33,000 nucleotides of DNA from Octopus sinensis (lineage: Eukaryota), in the NCBI RefSeq assembly GCF_006345805.1, contig NW_021832428.1, forward strand, positions 53,782 to 86,781. Reading direction: 5' to 3'. Within the stretch, counting starts at the first letter, position 1; every line of letters begins with the position of its first letter. The notes below the pieces were generated by a model. It had not been told where the DNA came from and searched no databases. It was given only the letters and a program-made list of their open reading frames with translations. A program made the position numbers and the translations under genes. Of this stretch, positions 12,601 through 22,889 are shown in pieces.

Positions 12601-13116
12601 ACTCTCTAGGAATAGATTTGATTCTTTCGAGTTGGACTTTGAGTTCTTCTAGGCAATTCTTGAAGTTAGAAATTTCAATATTCATGTTAGATTTTCCTTC
12701 ACTACAATCGCCTCTTTTCCCTACATTTTGATTCCCATTTAGTGGTTTGACCATTTTTTTAGTTGATATAGACTTGAGCACTTTAAGTATTTTTCATTGA
12801 ACTCTTTCAGAATGAGATCCCAGCCACCTCTAGGCATCCTTCCAAATCTTTCTTTGATAGCATAGAACACCTGTGACACCCATTCAGTCTCAGAGACACA
12901 CTTGACATCCTTAATAATGGCGGACAGGGAATGAAAGTTAGTTGGTGCAGCACGACTTCCAACTGTAGGATTATTGTTAATATTAGTTCTTGTGCCGTTA
13001 TCCAGCCCCAGAGACAACACTCCTGCATCCACTATACTGTTTTTATTATTTGATTCTGCAGAAAGGCCCATGGGATTCGTTTTCTTCTTATTGATAAAAA
13101 CGGACATGCACAACAC
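9612..13116 (-). mobile_element. Near-complete RLE-type non-LTR retrotransposon (R4/Dong-like): RT, CCHC zinc knuckle and restriction-like endonuclease
   Basis: RT motifs DLRPITCMPTLYK, WVDVKKAFDSVDH, GILQGDSLSPLLF and HLFFIDDLK; knuckle CNHCKKSKQTVDHLATQC; RLE KPDIFVYDK..LIEVGIT..EKLQKYD. The ORF is broken by ~7 frameshifts, mostly single-base losses in A-runs, with no internal in-frame nonsense codon evident. Confidence 0.92.
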
Positions 13117-13249
13117 ACAACAACCATATATATATAAATTTAATAATTTAATTAATGCAAAAAAGTCTTAAATATTATTATTTATTAAAAAATAGTCATC
13201 GATCCTTTTTCCATAACCATAATTTTTCTTCAAACTACTAAACACATGT

Positions 13250-14931
13250 AACTATGGAAGGAAGTCTCTTGTCAAGGAAAGAAATCGTCTTAAAAAAGTA
13301 GGGATCCGAACCCCGATGCAAAAATCTGTTTGAAACTGTTGAACGACGAAATAAAAGCTAGTAAATTCAAAACTCAAAGAGCGAAATGGAGGAAAGTACT
13401 TACGTCCCTAAACCGTAATCGGTCGACATCCGAGATCTGGAAATCTATTCGGAACATCTCGAAGGCTAATGAGGAAACACCTGGAGATGACGAATTCAGC
13501 CAAAAAGACCTAAATGCCTTAATAAAATACTACGCGAAAATCTCTTAAAGGATCGTATGAAGACTGCCCCTTCCAAACCGCCGCTAAGGAAGCTGAAAAG
13601 TAAACATTCAACTCATTTCACTGAAAAAGAAGTATTGGAATCCCTACACCAAACAAAAGTAACATATTCACATGGTCCCGACGGCATTCCTATAATTCTC
13701 CTGAAAAACATAGGGAATGAGGGAATCAGTGTTCTCACAAAATCTACAATTGGTCGATTAACTACAACTCAATCCCAACGATTTGGAAATTGGCGAACAT
13801 CCGCCCAATTTTGAAGAGTGGAAAACCAAAACAAGACCCGGCCTCCTTCAGGCCAATTTCCCTATTATGTTCCACGTCAAAAACTCTGGAAAAACTCATC
13901 CTCACAAGAATCATTAACAGCATGGATTCAAAAAAGATTGTTCCACTGCAAGCTTCCTTAGCTCCTTGACTAACTTTATCCGTTCTGGCATTTCGTGCAA
14001 GCCAAGACATCAGAAAACTGTACTTTGTTCGCTGGATATCCACAAAGCCTTCGACGCTGTGCCTAGAAAAAACCTAGCATGGAAAATCTACCAATCAAAC
14101 ATCCCTGAAGACCTCAAGCTCTGGTTGACTAACTTCCTCAGCGGTCGAAGAGGAAAAGTATGCTTTGGAAACATTCGTTCCATTTCCCGTCTATTCCCAA
14201 ATGGTGTACCCCAGGGCTCACCATTATCACCTCTCCTATTCAAATTGTTTACGGCCGATATTCCGACGCCTAATGGCGATCTGCTTCTGGCCTATGCAGA
14301 TGACATTGTATTGGCATCACGGGACCAGAACATCCAAACAGCAAAAGGAAGATTACAACAAAACCTGGATCACCTAGTTGAGTGGTTTAACGTAAACCGG
14401 ATGTCGATCAACACAGAAAAATCTGTCACAACTCTCTACTCCTCAGCCAAAAGACTATCGAAAACTTCAATCGAAGTTGTTGTGGAGGGAAGAGTATTAC
14501 CTTTCAGCAAATGGCAAAAGATATTGGGATTAACTTATGACACGCACATGAACTTCTCTAAACATGTCACAAATGTGCTGAACAAATGTGAAAAGAAAAT
14601 CAACCTCCTGAAATGCCTAACTGGTCTATGGAAAATGGGAAATCACCCTATACTTAAAACACTCTACTCACAGTATATCGAACCATGTATCTCATATGTT
14701 TGTGCCTCATGGGGGCCACTGATTTCGAATACAAACATCCGTAAAATCTCCGCAACCCAGAAAGAAGCTTTCACACTTACCGAAAGGTGGTATACAGGTG
14801 AAGCTATCAACCACCAATCTCTTTCGAAACTCTCATTGAGAAGAATACAAAAGGGCATCAATGGTATAAAGGAACGATCCGCCCTCAACGATCTTGTGTG
14901 GGCTCAAGAGAGCAGCACAGAGCGAAGCTGA
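13250..14931 (+). mobile_element. Truncated APE-type LINE (I/jockey group): linker and RT domain
   Basis: GPDGIP, FRPISLLCSTSKTLEK, LDIHKAFDAV, GVPQGSPLSPLLF, YADD and KILGLTYD motifs, with frameshifts. Confidence 0.9.
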
Positions 14932-14974
14932 GAGCAATGATCAAATTCGTCAGGATCACCTAGTTAGTTTTTTT

Positions 14975-15218
14975 TTGGTTAACGGTGGTCTTTGGAATAA
15001 ATTTGGATTTGATTTTGATTTGAACAAATTTTGTCTGAAACAGTAAAAATCATTTAACAAAATTGGAGCTATGTCTAGAACTGATTCTTCCAATTCATTC
15101 ACTTTTGTTACTACTTCTTTGACCGTAGTCTGTTTATTTTGCATACCACTGTAAAAAATTTCTTCATTATCGCTGCTTTCCGTATTTTCCAACAATTCGT
15201 CTACAACTTGTTCTATAA
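14975..15218 (-). mobile_element. pogo-like transposase C-terminal/3' region fragment, inverted relative to the right end of the composite
   Basis: Acidic tail IEQVVDELLENTESSDNEE..TVKEVVTKVNELEE; 14975-15014 is a 39/40-identical inverted copy of 16655-16694, which runs into the pogo right TIR. Confidence 0.55.
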
Positions 15219-16644
15219 CAGGGGTGTCAAACATGCGGCCCTCAGCGTACTTTACCAAACATAAGTGCGGTCTGATTTAATGGCTATAAAATGCAAAAAA
15301 TTATTTTTTATTTTTTTACATTTAATTAAAATTTTTAATTGTATTTTTAAATCGTGTTTGTTAATGTCACGTGCTTCTTCTGGAATAAAATAGAAACGCT
15401 CCTTGAAAGATGAACGGAGAGTGTTTCAAGATAAATGGGAACTTCTCTATTTTTGCACAATGGTTGATGGAAAAATACATTGTTTTATATGTAACACGAA
15501 GATTGAACACGAGACTAAAAAATTGCAATCTTTGCAACTTTAGCTTTCTCGGCAAAGCCATTGGCTTCTTCTCGAAGATCATTCTGGAAGCAAGAGCAAT
15601 GGCTATTCCTAAACGTCCACCTCTCGCTGCTTGTAGTCGAAGGATATCCGGTCTGGCCAAGGAGAGAAATCGCCTCAAAAGGTCAAACCGATGTCTTCTG
15701 ACACTTAAACAAGGAACTGAAGTCCAATGAACTCAGACACACCTATTTGAAATGGAATCGAATTCTTTCTACCGTGAACCGCAATCGTTCAACGGGTGAA
15801 GTGTGGAAAGGCATTCGGCACGTGGTCAGGGGGGACGCTCCCGAACCTTTCGAAGATTTTGATAAAAAAGACGTGAACAACCTCATGAATTTCTATGCGA
15901 AAAATGCACATAAAGATCACAGGAAATCCGACTCACTCCCCTCCAACAGAAGCCTAAAAAAACGGGCTGAACCGCTCCTCCTCTCGGTAAAGGAGGTGGA
16001 AGATTCGGCGTCGAAGGTGTCAGATTTCTAACAGCAATCTTCAACCATTCTATTAACAACAACGTAATTCCGGCTTTATGGAAACAGGCCTTAATAAGGC
16101 CGATACTGAAGCCTGGAAGACCAAGAGGGGACTCGCTTGATGAGGTCTATCCCGGGTCATCATTTGCTCATTTTTATTGTATTATTCATCAGCAATATTT
16201 GTGCTCAAAGATATTAAAAATGGAATCGGTGTTAAAGGAATTTCAAGAAAGATTTAATGATTTTTCGTCTTTTGAACAACAATTTTTACTATTCGCATCA
16301 CCATTCTCTTTTAATGTTTCTAATGCAGATGAAAGTTTACAAATGGAACTAATCCACTCAGATTCTATATTAAAGCTAAATATTTGGAGGTTAGAATACC
16401 TGCTTTCTTTTCATATCTTCCTGGAAAGTTTAAAAACTTAAAAAGTTGTCAATCCTCTGGAAGCAACTCTCACCAAAATTAAAAAGCGATAATTGAATAA
16501 TTTAGTAACTAAATTATTAACTAAAACTAAATTTTAGTTTCTCTTATTTTGGTTATTCATCATAATAAATATCAGAACTAATCTTCCCTTAATGAGAAAT
16601 ATTATAAATGCGGCCCTCAAAGCGAAATGAGTTTGACACCCCTG
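15219..16644 (+). mobile_element. Internally deleted hAT element (Charlie/Buster/GTF2IRD2-like)
   Basis: TIRs CAGGGGTGTCAAAC / GTTTGACACCCCTG; N-terminal remnant KDERRVFQDKWELLYFC..IHCFIC; C-terminal remnant LKEFQERFNDF..FASPF..LQMELI. The flanking 8-mers differ (TTCTATAA vs GCCTAGAA). Confidence 0.85.
15540..16145 (+). mobile_element. LINE fragment (EN-RT linker) nested in the hAT element
   Basis: KWNRILSTVNRNRSTGEVWKGIR..LWKQALIRPILKPG parallels KWRKVLTSLNRNRSTSEIWKSIR..IWKLANIRPILKSG at ~13380-13830. Confidence 0.8.
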
Positions 16645-17057
16645 GCCTAGAATAAATCAAATCAAAATTTATTCCAAAGACCACCGTTAACCAAAGTCAT
16701 TTTAAATGAAAACCTCGATTTGGAACCTAGAATCTAGGCAGAGATCCTACAAAGTGTTCCAAAAACTGAGGTTGTTCCAAAAACTGAGGTATTCCAGCCC
16801 AAGGTCTGTTCCAAATCGAGGTCGGACTGTACTACAAAACAGTCGACGACCATCTCTGCTACAAGACGGAAATAGTCGACCCCACCAAGAAAATCTCCCA
16901 TTTTACATGTGTAGAGGAGGTGATACAAATCTTAGAGGCCTATTCGTAAGCACATTAATTGTCTCTGTTCTCTCTGCAGCCCGACAACCTCAACCGACTA
17001 GGGCCTTTCTTCAACTTGGCGGTTTTTCACTGTGAAGTGAAGGAGATGCCTCACAAG

Positions 17058-18225
17058 CAGTGTTCCCTCTAAGCGAGTGGTAGCTATGCGCGCTGGGCAC
17101 ATTGCATTGTGCAGCGTTATAAGTGACGTATGCAAAAAATTTTGGGGGGGGAAAATTTTACAATTAAAAAACAATGGTTAAAAAATAGGTCTAGTCAATT
17201 GGATATTCTTCTGTTTTTATTTTGTATCCAAAATTTGTATACTCGATCAAGATCCACTGTATTCCCACTTGTTAAATAGAACTTAATTTGCATGATCATC
17301 TCCAAATGGTCAATCTCAAGTCTATTACGTAGTTTTAGTTTTGATACAGTTCATCAAACTAAATCCACGTTCAGCATCAGCACTCGACGCTTGAAATGTG
17401 CCACAAATATCCACAAATGTTGCAGTGGCTGAAAATTTTTTCTCCGCTATAAATTACATCTTCAAATGTTTTCAAAGCACCAGAGTGCATTTTTTTCTTT
17501 TAAAATAAACTTGAGATCTGTATATTCCGACTGCAGTTTTATGAGTGGGACTTCTGAAGAGAGTAATTTTCATATTTTTTCGCTAATTTAATTATCTCTC
17601 CTCTTTTCCAAATTCAAAGTTGTCTGATTTTGAATTGCTTGAGTGTCAAATGCTACCATTCTCTTAATTCGTCAGCTGGAAATCTTTCTTGTAAATGCAG
17701 ATAAACATGCTCGATAAAGCATAGGATTTCATCTGTATTTGTATCTCCATAACCAGTTGTTGATAACACATCTTCACACTGTCACTCCAGTAAATTTCAT
17801 TCCATCCAATATTGAGATTTCAGCTTCGAAATTTTTGCTCTGGCAAACTGTACAGCTTCTATGGTCGATATACGCTTCTTGGAAAACTGTGCACAAATCT
17901 GCTAATTCAGCCAAAATTTCATTTAAGACAGTTAAAGCAACATGAATAAGAGGATTTTGAAGTTGTTTTAAGCAATATTTTGCAATCGGATCATTTCATC
18001 TTCAACCTGCTTAAAAGAAGGAGAATTTTTCTTAAGTCTCATATCAATATTATAGACACGTTTTCGTTTTGAAATGAAAATAAGAATATATAAATTCATA
18101 AAAAAATTAAAAAAAATAGCAATTTTTAATATTATACTTTCTACTGCGCAGAAAAAAATTTCGCTGCGCAGCAAGGTGCAAACTGCTGCGCGGCCGCGCA
18201 CGCGTGCAGCTTAGAGGGAACACTG
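17058..18225 (-). mobile_element. Non-autonomous hAT element with perfect TIRs and an 8-bp TSD
   Basis: 16-bp TIRs CAGTGTTCCCTCTAAG / CTTAGAGGGAACACTG; TSD CTCACAAG at 17050-17057 and 18226-18233; minus-strand remnant of the hAT dimerization motif ASSADAERGFSLMNCIK. Confidence 0.92.
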
Positions 18226-18649
18226 CTCACAAGACAATAGAAATGGCGGAACAGTCCGTGGCGACACCAAAGGAGTACTCCACAACAAACACTCCATTTT
18301 CATTGCCAAACTCATCCTGGACAATATATCCGTTGGCCCCCATTCTTATATTCACTCAATATTTCACAAGCTGAACACATCCCACTTCATTATCTCTTCT
18401 TTGCTGTCGATCCGCCTCTTCTGCCAGATTCATAGGCCAGGATACAGCTTTCGTGTGTTTGACAAGTTCCACTGATGTCTCGTGGTGGCTACTTCCTTCA
18501 TTCAGTCGCTTATTGATTGCCCCAACATCCATTGCAATACTTGTACGTGATTCGCCGCCGTGGCTGAGAGTTTATGTTTTTTTAACTGCTGGTGATTCAC
18601 ACACTTGTCATGGAAATTCTACGCTCCTTTTCTGATTTTCCTTGGACAC

Positions 18650-19430
18650 AAATGTGGTTCATTTCAGCAAAGTCTGGAGGAAACAAGGTCTTGACTTTCC
18701 GGAAGATCAAATGTCTCAACGAAACTGGGATCGAATAGGATGCAAGCAAACTTTCAATCTGCTGCTCGAGCATTCCCAAACGCTCTCCTCGACGATGAAT
18801 CGGTAAAAATTGGAATCTCTCTGCGCCTCGAGCTAAGGCAATGTGTCCCGCACGTGTATCGTTGTGGCTGCCCTGTTGAGCCTTTCGGTTTGCATCCTTT
18901 ATCGTGCAGGAGGAGTGCCGGATGGTTTCCAAAACACTCTGCTTTGAATGACATCATACGGAGGGCCCTTGATTCGGCGGGATTTCCTTTGGTCCTCGAA
19001 CCACCGGGTCTTGACCGCGGTGACGGGAACGTTCTGTTGGGATGACCCTTTTCCTTTTGAGGGCGGAAAAGTCTTCGTATGGGATGCAACTTGCTGGGAC
19101 ACTTTTTCTGCTTCACATTTAACTTTGTGTGCTCTAGAGGCTAAATCTGCTGCTAAGCAGGTTGAAGATTTAAAGCTAACCAAATATTCTGCCATTTCGG
19201 ATGAGTTTTTCGTGTTGTCGATAGCGGTGGAGACGTCGGGTGCTCTTGATCCAAAGACGGAAAAATTTCTCTCAAGCTCAAGGTCAAAATCTCAATGCGC
19301 ACTCACGATCCTCGGAAGGTGGACTGGCTTTTCCAACGGTTCTTGATCGCCGTTATCCAGGGGAACAGTTTGGCGATCCGTCAGGCCGTATGCCTTTTCA
19401 TTGATTAATCTTTTAACACATTCTTGGGTT
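18650..19430 (+). mobile_element. 5'-truncated CRE-like RLE non-LTR retrotransposon (3' end)
   Basis: CGCPVEPFGLHPLSC..HSALNDIIRRAL..LEPPGLDRGDG..VWDATCWDTF..IAVETSG..IAVIQGN: the zinc-knuckle/RLE C-terminus typical of the CRE clade. Confidence 0.8.
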
Positions 19431-19488
19431 AAATAAAAAGAACAAACAAAAATGTAAATTTAATTATATCGATGATGTAAAATAAAAT

Positions 19489-19560
19489 TCCCGCGACCCG
19501 GATTCGAACCGGGGACCTAAGGATCTACAGTCCTCCGCTCTACCACTGAGCTATCACGGG
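19489..19560 (-). tRNA. tRNA-Tyr(GTA), intronless
   Basis: The reverse complement folds into a cloverleaf: CCCGTGA/TCGCGGG acceptor stem, GAGGA-CTGTAGA-TCCTT anticodon arm, GGTTCGAATCC T arm, followed by TTTT. Confidence 0.95.
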
Positions 19561-19999
19561 CATTTATTTTTTTTTCCAAATATTATTGGCTTTTAATTGT
19601 TCACTAATGTTTTTTTATCTGTACTTTCGATATTAATTTTGATTTTTCCCCTCGTACACAAATCCTATACAACATTTCTAAGGACTGACATTCAGGCAAA
19701 CAACTGAGGTCGTAGTCGACATATCTAATCTAGCCAGTGATTATTCGACTATGAATTGTATACTTTATAATTTATAACAATAAAAACAACTTCTGGATTA
19801 AAACAATAATGACATACAAATAAAAGTACTCAACCGAAAATTTGACAAACATGTATCCTTTCACATTTTTTAAGTGATGAAACTGGCAAAAAAACAGCTG
19901 AAGTACAAAATAATCAGAACAGAAATTACAATGTTAAATTTAATAAGCAAAAGAAGCAAATTTATTAAAATTCTATATCAGGGGAGAAATTAAGAAGTT

Positions 20000-20430
20000 A
20001 ACCAAATTAGATGGGTCGCCGAGCGGATGGACAGGCAATTTCAACGTAATATCGAGAATGATGTCCGCTGAAAAACCAGCTCGTTTCACCACTGTTGTGA
20101 CTCCTCCTCGAGATGATTAAACCAATCTCTGAGAGGAGTTTGAAGCTTGGGGTCCAATTATCCCACTGGTCTCGAAAGTCAGAGAGATGAAGCAGCAATC
20201 AAACAGCCATATTTTGTAGTTTTTCTAAATTCGGCAAGGGCAGATGCAGATCCAGGACGAGAAGCGGAGTCCATCAACGGTGATGAGGAAAATGAGTCTG
20301 GTAACATTCCACACGAATGCCATTCTCTCCCTGAACGGGAATAAAGTCGACCCATTAGGGCGTTTTCCGTCCCCACGGTCAAGTCCTACCGGTTCTAACA
20401 TTGAGGGGAATTCAGCGGCGTTAAGCGGGA
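20000..20430 (-). mobile_element. Second CRE-like 3' fragment, convergent with the first
   Basis: LEPVGLDRGDGKRPNGSTLFPF..FVWNVT..AEFRKTTKY is homologous to 18990-19230. Confidence 0.75.
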
Positions 20431-21568
20431 TCCTGTCGATGAGTTGTCTACATCTGCAATGATCGGGCTGCCAAATCTCTATGCCCAGCCGTAAACAGAT
20501 TCCGATTTTAATTTCCTAATATTTATTTACCCTTTATTTAATAATTTTTAATTTTACCTTTCATAAGGTATTGAACAATTTTCTTATGGAAAAGAAATTG
20601 ATGAAATTACAAGTTGACCAAATAACTAGAAAAATTGTTTGTTTGCGTGAAATGACTATGCGAAAACTATACTCAGGGAATTATCCTGAGAGGAAAACGC
20701 ATTTTATGGCTTATAGGCAGCATTCATTTGAGAATGTGAATTTTTTACATTGTATTTCGATTTTTCCCAAAGGATTATAGCCAACATTTGAAACTGGTAA
20801 TTCAATTTTATAAAAGAACAGGAATATTGAAAAAGCATACTTAGCTGAAATAAATCTCAATTACAAATCATCGTAGAAAAAATAACTTTTCTGACCTTTT
20901 TTCAGCTGCTGATTTACAAATGAGTTTAAACGAACCATTGTATGTGTCAATGCGGTTTTATACCGGCATTCAAATAAACACAATACTTAAAATCTGTCAC
21001 TAAAACAAACACCCTGATATTTAATGTCAACAAAAATCACATGCCTTATTTGTGAATATCTCGGTCGCTGTCATTTGTGTCATGTCTCAGTAGAATTAAA
21101 TAATATACATTTTGGGGGAAGAAATTTAATAGATTAAGTAGACAATTGAGTGGTACTTATCTAGAATTGATTTGTTTGGATTGTATCCACTGTATTCTCA
21201 GACAATGTAAATAATTTGAATAAAACAATAAATATAATTTAAATTGAGAGATGTAAATGATTATTAATACACTTTCAAATCTAAATTACACAACATTTAA
21301 TATATACAATTAAACATAACAAGTAATCCATATTCGATTATTTGGAATAATTCAAAATTAAATAGATTGAAGAATACCACTCTCAAAAAAGTAAGTTTCT
21401 CCCCAATAACTGAGCATGAGAAAACACTAATTATAATGATTAGGGAATAAAAGTAGTATCCAGAACTAAAGCACACTTAATTTGACTTACTACCATGCAA
21501 ATTTCACGTATTCAATACGGGATATATAATCTAGATTAACGCAAACTATGCATTTGAAATTGTCGAGA

Positions 21569-22148
21569 ATGGAGCCATACAATATTCATTATGAACATAA
21601 ACTCCGCTTTCTTGCAAACAAAGACCGGTCCTATTTAATTCAATACCAACTTGAATATTATCTCTCAGAGTAACTAAACTTTGATCATAAATTAGCACAA
21701 ATATGATGGCTGACGGCTATCTTGCACTTCTTTCTGACGACTTCGGGTTTATAAAGCTTGAAGAAATCCTGCTCTTCCGGAGAATGAGGAAAGTTGGGGC
21801 AACACTTGATGATCTTATATCTGCGGTTAAAAGTAGAATCATATTTATCAAAGCACATTTTTAGACTCGTATTTCCTTATTTTCGACCCGACCCAGACCA
21901 AAGTCAGGGGATAATCACCACACGAGTTATCGAAGTGAAAGGACTATTCAACGGTATTGAAATGACTAGTGAAGAAGTATTGTCTTGAGTACTCATTATA
22001 GTTACTCTGGAAACACCTGCTGACTCCCTTTGGAATTACCCGGGGCTACTTGACTGGGTGGAGAATGTTCGAGGATAAGTGGCTTTTATATGCTGACAAC
22101 TGTTCCACGGACTACATCGTCGAAATACTCCCGCCAGACACTGTTTAA
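21569..22148 (+). CDS. Small La-motif (LARP-family) protein with a degenerate RRM-like C-terminus; three tiny introns and one apparent 1-nt frameshift in a G run near 21907-21910
   Basis: Removing gtaactaaactttgatcataaattag (26 nt), gtagaatc..ttttag (32 nt) and gtattgtc..attatag (25 nt) gives IQYQLEYYLSDTNMMADGYLALLSDDFGFIKLEEILLFRRMRKV..DLISAVKNSYFLIFDPTQTKVR, matching the La motif pattern QxEYYxSDxNxxxDxFL..G(W/F)..L..L..F.R..TKVR. Confidence 0.7.
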
Positions 22149-22629
22149 TTTTAAAATAATAAGTTAGTTTAATTGGAGATATACATACATGCCTCTAAAC
22201 ATGGCGAATAACTACTATAGCACTGTATCAGTGATATTTACATATTTTAAGAGTGAATCTAAAAATGAAAACAATTGACATCCATAAGGGCGTATGATTT
22301 ATATAATGAATATCCAATTTTATTCCCTTTTATCTATTCATGTATTTCGCAAAATAAATTGATTCATATGTTAGATCAACCTCGAGTTTTCTATCAATCT
22401 CGAACTGGTCAACAATTGGATTAAGGGAACATTTATCTAGCAAATCGTTTTGGGTTGGTGATCTTCAAATTTAATTACTTTTTATAGTTTCCCTAAATCA
22501 AAAAACAGTGCAAAAAAGTGGCGGTGAACCAGGGGTGGCCAACCAGTCGATCAGTCAGAAAAATAAAAACTGAACAAGCATGAATTAGACTAGTAATTCG
22601 ATATTATTTATTAGATATTATTTATTTGA

Positions 22630-22860
22630 AAAAAGCGCCTTGTATTGCCGAAGTATGTTTCGGATCATTGTCTTGTTGGGAATTAATTTCGATTTTGTTC
22701 AGAAATGAGATAAGATTATTCGTTTGTATGTTAACATACAAAGCTCCATCCATCTTTTCTTTTCCCAACCAAATTACTGAATCCATATGGCACACCATAC
22801 CATGATATTTCCCTTACTGAATTTTACTGTTTTTCTCTCTACATTAAAAATGTGTTTGAG
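22630..22860 (-). mobile_element. Tc1-type (DD34E) transposase remnant
   Basis: TVKFSKGNIMVWC..KMDGALYVNI..QQDNDPKHTS. Confidence 0.75.
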
Positions 22861-22889
22861 TTAAAATCTAGGAATTTCCTTTTGATAAG

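Larger units (their letters stand above)
9469..16829. mobile_element. pogo/Tc1-mariner-superfamily element, TIR-bounded and expanded to 7.36 kb by nested insertions
   Basis: Left TIR CAGTCCGACCTTGAATTGGAACA and right TIR (reverse complement) CAGTCCGACCTCGATTTGGAACA match at 21/23. TA flanks both ends (9467-9468, 16830-16831). Subterminal GTTCCAAAAACTGAGG repeats occur at both ends, and the empty site restores the 14-3-3 reading frame. Confidence 0.85.
9221..18340 (+). pseudogene. Divergent 14-3-3-like pseudogene split into three pieces (9221-9468, 16830-17057, 18234-~18340) by TE insertions
   Basis: The pieces translate to EEKCLVSITYK..IEKEREEVC / EIRV*YYKTVDDHLCYKTE..EAYS*AH*LSLFSLQPDNLNRLGPFFNLAVFHCEV..HK / TIEMAEQ..KHSIFIAKLILDNISV. 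These are colinear with canonical 14-3-3 [64 protein letters not shown] and KDSTLIMQLLRDNLTLW. In-frame TAA stops and frameshifts are present. Confidence 0.75.

Noticed and set aside
16745-16822. Short direct repeats GTTCCAAAAACTGAGG resembling a mini CRISPR array
   Set aside because: Only 2-3 copies with no regular unique spacers; they are subterminal repeats of the pogo element in a eukaryotic context.
16946-16979. Intron-like gtaag...ctgcag segment in the 14-3-3-like piece
   Set aside because: The unspliced sequence aligns residue for residue with 14-3-3, and splicing it leads to a stop.
9221-17057. Alternative genetic code (TAA/TAG = Gln), suggested by three in-frame TAA codons in the 14-3-3-like sequence
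   Set aside because: HSBP1 and CFAP20 end with TAA and DAZAP1 with TAG at the expected positions, so the stops are pseudogene mutations.
18365-18580. Short minus-strand open frame (MDVGAINKRLNE...KWDVFSL)
   Set aside because: About 56-70 codons, no recognisable domain and no supportable gene structure.
19565-20000. AT-rich interval with scattered intron-like gt..ag segments
   Set aside because: No coherent spliced ORF or recognisable motif could be built.
20586-21210. Possible tiny-intron gene (MEKKLMKLQ..., several intron-like segments); many TGA codons in one frame hinting at TGA = Trp
   Set aside because: No consistent spliced frame without assuming extra indels, no recognisable homology, and TAA/TAG also interrupt the TGA-rich frame.
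22530-22552. Solo hAT-like terminus CAGGGGTGGCCAACCAGTCGATC
   Set aside because: No partner TIR, TSD or hAT coding remnant nearby, so it cannot be delimited as an element.
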